Under the pieces are notes generated by a model. It had not been told where the DNA came from and searched no databases. It worked only from the letters and a program-made list of their open reading frames with translations. DNA of 37,485 nt from a virus (Duplodnaviria; Caudoviricetes): IMG/VR virus record IMGVR_UViG_3300021560_000039, positions 1 to 37,485 of that record; one strand, given 5' to 3'. The position numbers and the translations under genes were made by a program. Of the stretch, positions 16,775-25,402 are shown in pieces (the first letter of the stretch is position 1; every line of letters begins with the position of its first letter).

Positions 16775-17701
16775 ATGGCCAATCCCACGACCGGGATGCT
16801 CCAGACCGTGCTGACCGCCTTCACGAAGGCGCAGCAAAACCTCAAATATACCAATGCGTTCGTGAAACGCATCTACTGGGACTTCCAGCCGATCGTCGCG
16901 ACGCCGTATAGCACCCTCAACGTCAACGTCCCGACCATCAACCAGGCCAATGTGTTCAACATCGGCGCCGGGCCGCTCCAGCCCCAGCCGTATGCCTTCA
17001 CGATGGTCCCGATCACGCTGGCCTACAATCAGAGCAACAGTTACATCGTGTACGACTGGGACCAGACGCGGATCGCGTACGACCTCCAGACCTTCTTCTT
17101 CGAGCCCAAGCAGGAGGAATTGCTGCGCTCCGTCGACCAGATCGTGGTGAGCCAGTTCAGCGCGGCGAATTTCCCGACCTACCCGCTGTTCACCGGCACG
17201 GGGACGGCCGCGGGCCAGGTGACGCGGCCCGACGTCACCAAGGCGTGGACCAACCTGGCCGGCGTCGGCGTCCCGCTCGACGACGCCGGCAACGTCAGCC
17301 TGATCATCCAGGCGGCGAGCTACGGCTACATGCTGTCCGATCAGCAATTCATCTACCAGTACATCGTCGGCGACAGCGATGCCGAGGCCGCGCAGCGGCG
17401 GGCGCAGCTCCGGACCATCTACGGGGCGGACACGTACTACGACCAGCTGCTCGCCCCGTTCAACGCCGGACACAACGCGTGCGTCCTGTTCCACCGATTC
17501 GCGGTGGCCGGCGTCACGGCGCTGCCCCCCAAGGGCGGGCCGCAGGTCCTGGAGTCGACCGTCGACCTCCAGGGCTTGCCGGTCCGGATCCAGATCGCGT
17601 ACGACGTCATGAATCAGGGATGGCTCGTGCATATGCACGTCCTGATGGGCATCGCGCCCGTCCGGCCGGAATACGCCTCGCTGTTCCAGACGGCCTCCTG
17701 A
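16775..17701 (+). CDS. Major capsid protein
   Basis: 308 aa after the scaffold; strongly biased codons; HK97-fold-like pattern (STLNVNVP, IYGADTY, VLFHRFAV, VLMG..PVRPE). Confidence 0.8.
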   Translation: MANPTTGMLQTVLTAFTKAQQNLKYTNAFVKRIYWDFQPIVATPYSTLNVNVPTINQANVFNIGAGPLQPQPYAFTMVPITLAYNQSNSYIVYDWDQTRIAYDLQTFFFEPKQEELLRSVDQIVVSQFSAANFPTYPLFTGTGTAAGQVTRPDVTKAWTNLAGVGVPLDDAGNVSLIIQAASYGYMLSDQQFIYQYIVGDSDAEAAQRRAQLRTIYGADTYYDQLLAPFNAGHNACVLFHRFAVAGVTALPPKGGPQVLESTVDLQGLPVRIQIAYDVMNQGWLVHMHVLMGIAPVRPEYASLFQTAS

Positions 17702-17704
17702 TCG

Positions 17705-19384
17705 ATGCCGGCTATCCTGGATCGGCTGTCGCCCCGGGTCGTCTACACCTCCCGGTGGGGATGCCCTGCCATCCCCGACGTGACGGATCCGCAGGCGGGC
17801 CCCGACGCCTCCGCGTCGCTCCAGGCGCTGGCGGATCTGGCGCGATCCGGCCCGCTGGAAGTCGTGGTCGACCAGCCGCTCCTCTGCAACCAGATATCGC
17901 TCTACTCGGGGACGACGATCCGCGGCCTCTACCCCGGGTCCTACCGGCCGGGCGACGCCGCGCCGCCCGGCATCGGCCTCTGGATGAAGAGACTCCCGGC
18001 GTCCGGGGCCGGGGCCGGGAATACCTGCGTCCTGCGCAATGCCCACTGGGCCAGCAACTACGACGGGGCCTCCTCCTCGCTCTCGGTCAGCCGGGTGGTC
18101 GACCGCGACATCGCGATCCGCCACCTCTTCATCGACGGACAGAGACGCAATGGTGTGAGCAATAGTTCATACGGCGGATCGAATGTCCCGCAGGTCAACG
18201 TCAATGGGGAATACATCATCCCCCTGCGGTTCCACGGGATGTACAACCTGCTGGTCGAGGACGTGCACATCTACGACCCCTGCATGCTGCACACCGCCTT
18301 CAGCAACATCGCCTGGAGCACCTTCCGCGATCTCCATTTCTGCGACCCGTCCTACTGGCAGGGCAACTACGCCGGGGGGAGCAATCAGACCGACGGCCTG
18401 CACTTCGTCGGGCCCGCGTCGGACATCGAGATCGACGGGTTGTATGGCGCGACGGGGGACGATTTCCTCGCCTTGAACTTCGCCGAGGGCAATCTGAACC
18501 CGACCGACATCTATCCGCCCACCAACATCTCGGGCGCCGGCCCGCACGTCTGGGGCGGCTGGCCCGTGGTGTATTACGGCGATGGCCTCCGGATCAACGC
18601 CCGCAATCTGTACCCGTACAATGCGGCCGACGTGATGCGCATCCAGACGCTCCAGGACAACCAGGCCGGCCTGCGCGGCAACGTCGTGGATCAGGTCACC
18701 GTCTCGGACGTCCGGGGCTCGGTCATCGAGGGCCTGTTGCAGTCGGACAGCTACGGCTACGGCACCCCGGGTGGCCACGTCGGGCGGGTGACGCTCCGGG
18801 ACTGGGACGTCACGTTCCTGCCCGATCCGGCCTATGTCTGCGGATACCAGTTCTACGGCCAGTGGAATGATGTTCGCATCATCAATCATCACTATGGTGA
18901 TCCCGCCTCGGCGGCGCTGCAGGTCAACCTGATCTCGGGCGCGTCGGTCGGCCGGCTGGAGCTGCGGGACCACGTCATCCGCGAGGACGCCTCCGGGGCG
19001 CCCGCGCCGCCGCCGCCGATCCTGGTGGCCGACGGCGCGGTCGACGAGTTGGTGGTCGCCGATTCGGGCTGGTATCGGGCCGCGGCGACGAATCAGGCGT
19101 TCGTGTCGGTGACGGGCGGGAGCGTCAACCGCTTGGCCCTGCGCGGGGCCTCGACGAACAACCTGGCTAACGTCGTCTCGTGGACCGGCGGGACGGTCGG
19201 CGAGGTGGGGCTGGACCTGGTCCGGCACCGCAACCCCGACGGCGCGGGCCCGGCGGGCGGGGCCATCCTCAACGTCGGGTCGGGGCTGACGCTGCCGCTG
19301 CTCGTGACCTGCGGGGCGACCGCGGCGGCCGTCATCGGCACCAGCGCCGGGGCGGTCGCCGCGACCCGGACCGGGGGCATCTGA
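17705..19384 (+). CDS. Pectin-lyase-fold beta-helix protein, GH28-like (putative depolymerase)
   Basis: QTDGLHF, TGDDFLAL, GPH and RIQT resemble the GH28 NTD/GDD/GHG/RIK motifs. Confidence 0.7.
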   Translation: MPAILDRLSPRVVYTSRWGCPAIPDVTDPQAGPDASASLQALADLARSGPLEVVVDQPLLCNQISLYSGTTIRGLYPGSYRPGDAAPPGIGLWMKRLPASGAGAGNTCVLRNAHWASNYDGASSSLSVSRVVDRDIAIRHLFIDGQRRNGVSNSSYGGSNVPQVNVNGEYIIPLRFHGMYNLLVEDVHIYDPCMLHTAFSNIAWSTFRDLHFCDPSYWQGNYAGGSNQTDGLHFVGPASDIEIDGLYGATGDDFLALNFAEGNLNPTDIYPPTNISGAGPHVWGGWPVVYYGDGLRINARNLYPYNAADVMRIQTLQDNQAGLRGNVVDQVTVSDVRGSVIEGLLQSDSYGYGTPGGHVGRVTLRDWDVTFLPDPAYVCGYQFYGQWNDVRIINHHYGDPASAALQVNLISGASVGRLELRDHVIREDASGAPAPPPPILVADGAVDELVVADSGWYRAAATNQAFVSVTGGSVNRLALRGASTNNLANVVSWTGGTVGEVGLDLVRHRNPDGAGPAGGAILNVGSGLTLPLLVTCGATAAAVIGTSAGAVAATRTGGI

Positions 19385-21354
19385 TGGCCGCCTTCCAGGA
19401 TACCCTTGCCGGCGCCGCGAATGGCGCGCTGGCCGGCCGCAAGTCCACCTCCAACAACACCTGGCGCAACTCGACGGCGACCGATGGCCAGGGGGCGGCG
19501 GCGGCGATCGCCACGGTGACGGCCGCCGGCGGGTTCTCCGGGCCCGGGATCGTCACGGGCTCGGCGGGGAACGCCGCCTCGGGGGTGGTCGCCGACTGGA
19601 CGCCCCCCGCGTCGCCGGCCGGATACGGGATCCTGGCGTGCGTCGACTACGCCATGACGGACAATTGCCAGATCGGCCCGCTGATCCGATTCTCCGACGC
19701 CGGGAACAACACGACGGGCTATCTGCTCAACCTGGACTCCTACACCAGCCCGCCGGGGTATTACCTCTGGCAGCTCCCGGCCTGGACCAAGCTGGGGAAC
19801 ACGGCCCACGCGTTCAGCACGCCGGTCTCGGTCGCCCTCTACCTGTCGGCGGTCCCCGACGGGACCGGCGGGGTCACGGTCACCGGCTATGCCGACGGCA
19901 CGCAGGTGGTCCAGGTCCATCAGGCGACGGCCGGCATCCCGGCGGTCGGCCTGGCCGCGGTCCGGGTCGCGCCCGTGAATGTGACGGACGCGGCGATCCT
20001 GTGGGTGCAGACCGACCCGCAATCCGCGGCGCTGGCGCTGGCGGGATCGGCGAGCGGCCCGGCCGGCCAGCCCACGGGGGATCTGACGCTGACCCTGGAG
20101 GTCCCGACCACGCTGGGCACGACGGTCGCGTGGTCGGACGGCGGGGCCGGCGGCACGTTCAGCCCGTCGGCGACGACGGACCTCGCCGCGGCGGCCGCGA
20201 GGACCCCGGGCGGCCGGGTCGCGACGGTCACCTACACGCCCTCGCCCTCGGCGACCGGGACCATCACCCTGTCGGCGACCGCGACCTCGACGTCGACCGC
20301 GAGCCCGACGGTGACGGTCACGCCGGCCTCGATATCGTATGCCATCACGGCGACGGGATTCACGCTCTCGGGCCCGACGGCCGGCCCGGTCGGATCGGCG
20401 TCGGCCGCGTTCAGCGTCACGCCCTCGCCGGCGCAGGCGGACACCGTCAACCTCGCCGACGGGGGGGCCGGCGGCACCTTCGCGCCGCCGTCGCTGACGT
20501 TCACCACGGCATCGGCGGCGGCCCAGACGTTCACCTACAAGGCGACCTCGGCCGGCAACAAGTCCATCGCGGCGACGTCGGTCAAGGGCTCGCTCGTGAG
20601 CGGATCGCCGTGGACCTATGCCGCCACGGCCGTCGCCACGCAATACGCCTGGTCGGGGGCCTCCGGCGGCACGCCCGGGATCGCCTCGGGGGCCATCATC
20701 CTGACGCCGAACGGCTGGGTGGCGACGGATACCGTCACGCCCTCGGACGACGCGATGGGCGGCACGTTCAATCCGGCCTCGCTCGCCGTCGGGCCCGGCA
20801 CCGCGGCGGTCCATTGCAGCTACACGCCCTCGCCCTCGGCGACCGGGACGCTGACGCTCTCGGCGACCAGCGCCGCGTCGCTGGCGTTCACGCCGGCAAG
20901 CTGGTCGTTCGCCGTCCTCACGCAGATGATGTTCGTCTCCTCGACGAAGGGCCTGCCGACCGGCGAGTCCTCGACGGCGACGGCGACGCCCGTGGCGTTC
21001 GACGGGACGGCGTTCGCCACGCCGACCGGGGCGACGGCCGGCACCGTCGTCGAGTCCGCCGAGCCGGGTGCGTACTTCGCGAACGTGACCTACCCGGGCG
21101 GGTCGCTGCCCCCGGGGACGACGCCCGAGGTCGTCTGGGTGGTCGCGGGCCAGACGGTCGTCGACCCGGCCCCGATCCCGGCCACGCGGCTCGCCGCCTC
21201 GCCGACGCCGACGCCCACGCCGGTCGCCATCGCCACGGGATCGGTCTGGTACGACCCCGACGCCGGCACCCTGCTGATGCCGGCGCCCCGGCCGACGCCC
21301 GTGCCGACGCCCACGCCCACGCCCACGCCGGCCCGCCGGGGGTGGCACGGATGA
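19384..21354 (+). CDS. Thr/Ala/Ser-rich virion fibre or decoration protein with repeated Ig-like modules
   Basis: Three repeats of DGGAGGTF.P....YTPSPSATGT.TLSAT; PT-rich linker. Confidence 0.7.
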   Translation: MAAFQDTLAGAANGALAGRKSTSNNTWRNSTATDGQGAAAAIATVTAAGGFSGPGIVTGSAGNAASGVVADWTPPASPAGYGILACVDYAMTDNCQIGPLIRFSDAGNNTTGYLLNLDSYTSPPGYYLWQLPAWTKLGNTAHAFSTPVSVALYLSAVPDGTGGVTVTGYADGTQVVQVHQATAGIPAVGLAAVRVAPVNVTDAAILWVQTDPQSAALALAGSASGPAGQPTGDLTLTLEVPTTLGTTVAWSDGGAGGTFSPSATTDLAAAAARTPGGRVATVTYTPSPSATGTITLSATATSTSTASPTVTVTPASISYAITATGFTLSGPTAGPVGSASAAFSVTPSPAQADTVNLADGGAGGTFAPPSLTFTTASAAAQTFTYKATSAGNKSIAATSVKGSLVSGSPWTYAATAVATQYAWSGASGGTPGIASGAIILTPNGWVATDTVTPSDDAMGGTFNPASLAVGPGTAAVHCSYTPSPSATGTLTLSATSAASLAFTPASWSFAVLTQMMFVSSTKGLPTGESSTATATPVAFDGTAFATPTGATAGTVVESAEPGAYFANVTYPGGSLPPGTTPEVVWVVAGQTVVDPAPIPATRLAASPTPTPTPVAIATGSVWYDPDAGTLLMPAPRPTPVPTPTPTPTPARRGWHG

Positions 21355-22508
21355 CGACCCGGCTGGAGATGGTCGCGGGCGAGGACAAGTCGTTCCCGCT
21401 CCAGTGCTGGCTGGAGGGGGCGATGATCCCGCCGGCGTTCGTCGCGAGCGACGCCATGACTTCGGTCGTCTCGCCCGGCGAGGGCGAGGCGGCGCTGTTC
21501 GCGCCGGCGGTCGCCTGGTGGACCGACCCCGACCCGGTCGCCGGGGCGGCGGCGCAGACGGGCTACGACCAGGGCCAGGTGCTGGTCTCCGTCTCCGCCG
21601 CGGACTCGCTCCTCGTCACCGCGGAGGCCGCGCACGTCCTGGAGGTCTGGCGGCGGCCGGCCGGGACGTCGCTCCGGTCATGCGTCTGGCGGGGCGGGCT
21701 CGTCGTGCACTACGCGGCCGGCGCGGGCCGGCCCCGACTGCCCACCTATTGCCGCTATCAGGATATGCTCGACTTCGGCCCGTGGTGCAAATACCTGGCC
21801 GAGGAGGGCGACGAGGCCGGTTTCTACGACCAGCGGTTGGAGGCCCGGCTCTGGCTCGATGACCTCATCGTCCGGTCCGACCGCGGCGGCGGCCTGTTCC
21901 CGTTCGGCACCTCGGGCGTCCCGCATACGCAATGGTCGGGATGGCTCGCCTCCCGCCGGTCGCCGATGCCCTCGACCTGGATCCGGGATCAGCTCTGGGG
22001 CGGATTCGTCTCGGGTACCGTGGCGGTCGGCTCGCGGGGCGTCGGCTACGCGACGCCCCCGGTCGTCACGGCCGCGCCGCCGCCGCCCTCGCCCCTGCCG
22101 CAGGTCGGGCCGCGGCAGAAACCCGCCCGGTTCGCGGCCGTCCTCGACGGGGCGGGGGGCGTCGGGGCCGTCCTGGTGCAGGACCCCGGGTTCGGCTACC
22201 CGCCCGGGTCGTCGCTGCCGCTGTCGTTCTCGGGCGGCGGCGGCTCGGGCGCGGCGGCGACGGCCTCGGTCGACCCGGGCCGGCTGTTCCGTCGCGACCA
22301 GGTCCGCCGGCTGGCCGCGTTCAAGGCGCTGTCGCTGGTCGGCCTCTCGCAGGTCGGCAACAACCCGCAGCACGTGGCCTACGGCGAGTACTGCGCCGCC
22401 AGGGCCTCGGAGGAGCTGACCGGCTTCACGGCCGAGCTGGACCTCGACGGCGACGGCTGGCCCGACTACGCCATCCCGACCTTCCTCACCAACACGATTT
22501 ACAAATAG
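21351..22508 (+). CDS. Putative head-tail adaptor / structural protein
   Basis: Position in the head module; PTYC...DM motif; inserted G.GY..PP.V / SGGGGSGAAATA beta module. Confidence 0.6.
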   Translation: MTTRLEMVAGEDKSFPLQCWLEGAMIPPAFVASDAMTSVVSPGEGEAALFAPAVAWWTDPDPVAGAAAQTGYDQGQVLVSVSAADSLLVTAEAAHVLEVWRRPAGTSLRSCVWRGGLVVHYAAGAGRPRLPTYCRYQDMLDFGPWCKYLAEEGDEAGFYDQRLEARLWLDDLIVRSDRGGGLFPFGTSGVPHTQWSGWLASRRSPMPSTWIRDQLWGGFVSGTVAVGSRGVGYATPPVVTAAPPPPSPLPQVGPRQKPARFAAVLDGAGGVGAVLVQDPGFGYPPGSSLPLSFSGGGGSGAAATASVDPGRLFRRDQVRRLAAFKALSLVGLSQVGNNPQHVAYGEYCAARASEELTGFTAELDLDGDGWPDYAIPTFLTNTIYK

Positions 22509-22680
22509 TCCTCCCGGTCCGTGGTCCTCTTGGTCCGTTGTCGGTGGTCCGCTGACGCGGGGCTCGCAGGCCGCCGCATGGCGTGGCCGATCGAATCGAG
22601 GAGGTGCCGTCGAGGGCATGGGGGGCGGGAGCCCGACGACGGACGACGGACGACGGACCACGGACGAAAGGACGAAGGAT

Positions 22681-23022
22681 ATGGCATTCAAATTCCGCAA
22701 GCACAGGAAGATCGCCGAGGTCCACCAGTTCGACGGCCCCACGTCCGCCGGCGGCGCGTCGATGAATGTTTACGTATACGAGAATGATGAATGCGAAACG
22801 GTCGAATATGACTGGCTGGGGCGAGAGGTCGCGCGCTATGCGGGCGAGCCGCGCGACGTCCCGCCCGGCGTGGGGATGCCGCCGGCGCCGCCGCGGCCCC
22901 CGGGCGCGGCCCCGCCGCTGCCCATGATCGGCCTGCCGCCCGCCCGCGTGACGTCGCCGCCGGCCCCGATCGTCCAGCAGGCCCCGCCCCCGTCCCCGGC
23001 CCCCGCGAGGAGTCGATCATGA
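22681..23022 (+). CDS. Hypothetical protein with a Pro-rich C-terminus
   Basis: AAGGA RBS; MAFKFRKHRK start. Confidence 0.65.
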   Translation: MAFKFRKHRKIAEVHQFDGPTSAGGASMNVYVYENDECETVEYDWLGREVARYAGEPRDVPPGVGMPPAPPRPPGAAPPLPMIGLPPARVTSPPAPIVQQAPPPSPAPARSRS

Positions 23023-23615
23023 CCGCCGTGCTGTTCGTCGTCCTGGCCCTCATCGGCCAGGGGATCGCCCATCCGGAGCCGATCGCCCGCGCCGGCCCGA
23101 CCCCGGCCGCCGACGACGGCTGGCGGCCGGCCCTGGCGCCGGGGGAATACCTGGTGCCCGGGTCGGTCCGCCTGGTGTCCGCCTCCGGGCAAGTCACGCC
23201 GATGCCCGACCCTCCCGCCAAGTCCATCCCGGCCCCCGGCCGGGTCATCCGATCCACGCCGATGGCCGCCACGCCGCAGGCCCCGATGACCTACGCGGTG
23301 CCGGCCCCGATGGCCTCGTCGTGCTATGCATCCTCGTATCAACCGCAGTCCTATGCCCCGGCACCGATGTACTACGAGGCCCCGCCGCGGGCCGAGCCGG
23401 GGCCGGCGTATTATGAGGTGCCCGCCTACGCGCCGCAGGGCCGGCCGATCTATGCCCTCCCGGGCGCGGCCCCGCGGCGGCGGGGATTCCCGCGATTGGC
23501 GGCGCGATGGGACGTCGGCATGCGACACCGCGTGGATAATCAGATGAGCATCGGCTTCGGCATCGGCGACGGGGCCCGGTCGATGGCGTCATGCGGCCCG
23601 TGGGGGTGCCGCTAG
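23019..23615 (+). CDS. Putative secreted low-complexity protein
   Basis: Signal-peptide-like N-terminus, Y/A/P-rich middle, C-terminal CGPWGCR. Confidence 0.65.
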   Translation: MTAVLFVVLALIGQGIAHPEPIARAGPTPAADDGWRPALAPGEYLVPGSVRLVSASGQVTPMPDPPAKSIPAPGRVIRSTPMAATPQAPMTYAVPAPMASSCYASSYQPQSYAPAPMYYEAPPRAEPGPAYYEVPAYAPQGRPIYALPGAAPRRRGFPRLAARWDVGMRHRVDNQMSIGFGIGDGARSMASCGPWGCR

Positions 23616-23619
23616 GCGG

Positions 23620-23823
23620 CTATTGATCCGAGGGCCTCGCCGAGAGCATCGCATCCTTGCGCACGTTGTCCCGGATCCATCGGACCATCGACGTCAGCCA
23701 GACCCGGGCCCGATCGTCGGGCAGCGAGGCGGCCCAGAGGTCGAGGGCGCCATCGGGCAGCTCATCGACCTCGATCGTCATCGCCTTCCCGTCCACCGCG
23801 GCCCGCACGAAGTATCCCGTCAT
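23620..23823 (-). CDS. Small hypothetical protein, antisense to the structural operon
   Basis: GAGGAAAGGG RBS; 67 aa; typical codon usage. Confidence 0.65.
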   Translation of the reverse strand: MTGYFVRAAVDGKAMTIEVDELPDGALDLWAASLPDDRARVWLTSMVRWIRDNVRKDAMLSARPSDQ

Positions 23824-23856
23824 GAGCGTCCCCTTTCCTCCTCGGAGATGATCGAC

Positions 23857-24600
23857 ATGTCCAGGGCCGTGATCGTAGCATGTCTCCTCGCCGCCTGCCC
23901 GGTGCCGCGGGCCGGCGCGGGCAACATCGTCATGACCGTGCAGGTCGGCAACGGGCCGGTCGTCGACCTGGCCACATTCGGCGGCATCGGCACGGGCGGC
24001 GGCTATGCGGTGTCCGACGTCGCCATCGCGGCCCTCAATGCCTACCTGGCCGGGGCCGGCTCGGAGTACCGCTTCGCCGGGAGCGGCCCGGGGGCGACCG
24101 TGTTGGGCGGGGCGAGCAACAACCCGGGCGGGCCGGCCGGCGGGCTGCTGACGCTCTCGGGGACGGTCTTCAGCGTCGGGGCCGGGGTGGGCTCGCTCGC
24201 CCTGACGGAGACGGAGGCCGGCTTCCTCGCCCCGGCCGGGCCGGCCGGCTTCCTGGACTCCTCGTCCACGGGCAACTTCGCCGGCGAGGCCGCCGGGGCC
24301 GGGCACCTGGCCGAGAGCGGATACAACGCCATCGACACCGGGCTGTATGCCGTACTGTCGCCCGGGGGCGTGAAGGGGGCGGCCGATGCCTCGGCCATCG
24401 GGCTATTCCCCGTCTCCGAGCCGTATACGCTCACCGATGAGATCATCTTCGGCCTGACGCCGGGGACGGCGGCGGACCCGATCGTCGACGGGTTCTCCGT
24501 CACGGGGGTGGTCGAGGCGGTGTATGAGCCCGGCGGCGCGGCGCTGCTCTCGATCGGGGTCATGCTGGCCGGCGTGTACTGCATCCGACGACGGGGATGA
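23857..24600 (+). CDS. PEP-CTERM-like exported surface protein
   Basis: Signal peptide (..PRAGAGNI) and C-terminal AVYEPGGAALLSIGVMLAGVYCIRRRG (xEP + TM helix + basic tail). Confidence 0.8.
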   Translation: MSRAVIVACLLAACPVPRAGAGNIVMTVQVGNGPVVDLATFGGIGTGGGYAVSDVAIAALNAYLAGAGSEYRFAGSGPGATVLGGASNNPGGPAGGLLTLSGTVFSVGAGVGSLALTETEAGFLAPAGPAGFLDSSSTGNFAGEAAGAGHLAESGYNAIDTGLYAVLSPGGVKGAADASAIGLFPVSEPYTLTDEIIFGLTPGTAADPIVDGFSVTGVVEAVYEPGGAALLSIGVMLAGVYCIRRRG

Positions 24601-24641
24601 AGGGAGGGACCGGCCCGCGGGAATCCATCCGCACGGGCCGG

Positions 24642-25192
24642 GCTTCAATGGGGCCGCTCCCCGAGGGGAGCGGAAGAGCCGGCGTCCCGCCACGCCGGTT
24701 CACGCGGTCCATCCGCTTCAATGGGGCCGCTCCCCGAGGGGAGCGGAAGAGGTCCTTCTCGGCCAGCGTCTCCTTCAGCACATAAGCTTCAATGGGGCCG
24801 CTCCCCGAGGGGAGCGGAAGAGCTGGCCGCGTCGAGCCACTCCAGGACGTGCTCGATCTCGCTTCAATGGGGCCGCTCCCCGAGGGGAGCGGAAGAGCGG
24901 GCCGGGTTCCGGCGGTCCTACCGGGACCTGTGCGCTTCAATGGGGCCGCTCCCCGAGGGGAGCGGAAGAGGGCCCCGACTGCTTCACGGCCGTCGCGCGA
25001 AGAAACCGTGCTTCAATGGGGCCGCTCCCCGAGGGGAGCGGAAGAGGGCCCCCGATCCTCGTTTCCTATCCGATTGAAAAGGGCTTCAATGGGGCCGCTC
25101 CCCGAGGGGAGCGGAAGAGATGTCCGGATGTCCGGACATGCGCGCCGGGCGCGGGGCTTCAATGGGGCCGCTCCCCGAGGGGAGCGGAAGAG
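24642..25192 (-). CRISPR. CRISPR array: 8 identical 37-bp repeats, 7 spacers of 34-39 bp, type I-G (I-U)-like, no cas genes
   Basis: Plus-strand repeat GCTTCAATGGGGCCGCTCCCCGAGGGGAGCGGAAGAG at 24642, 24715, 24786, 24861, 24934, 25010, 25083 and 25156; minus strand ends in ATTGAAGC with a CCGCTCCCC/GGGGAGCGG hairpin. Confidence 0.98.
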
Positions 25193-25400
25193 GGCCGGCC
25201 TCGCAACTCCTGCCTCGGCAAGGTCGTGCATATCGTCTCGCGAGGGGCGGACCGCGGGAGCGGCCGCCGGCGCGATCCGTCCGAGAGGGCTCGACGCAAT
25301 CCATGACCGGCACTCCGGATCGGGGATGCGAGCGGTCCCCGGGTTTTCGTCCATCACCTCGGCCCTCGCGAGTCATGTCGTGGTCATGATAATCACCGAT
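25193..25400 (-). promoter_or_regulatory. Putative CRISPR leader
   Basis: About 200 bp with no credible gene, on the predicted 5' side of the array; recurring GCGAG motifs. Confidence 0.5.
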
Positions 25401-25402
25401 CC

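Noticed and set aside
24679-24714. Spacer 1 partial self-matches (12-nt cores near 33865 and 35901)
   Set aside because: Only about 18-22 of 36 identities in very GC-rich DNA with no TTN PAM; plausibly chance.
24823-25082. Spacers 3-6 as self-targets
   Set aside because: Only short, scattered similarities were found by eye (for example spacer 6 near 33997); no convincing full-length alignment.
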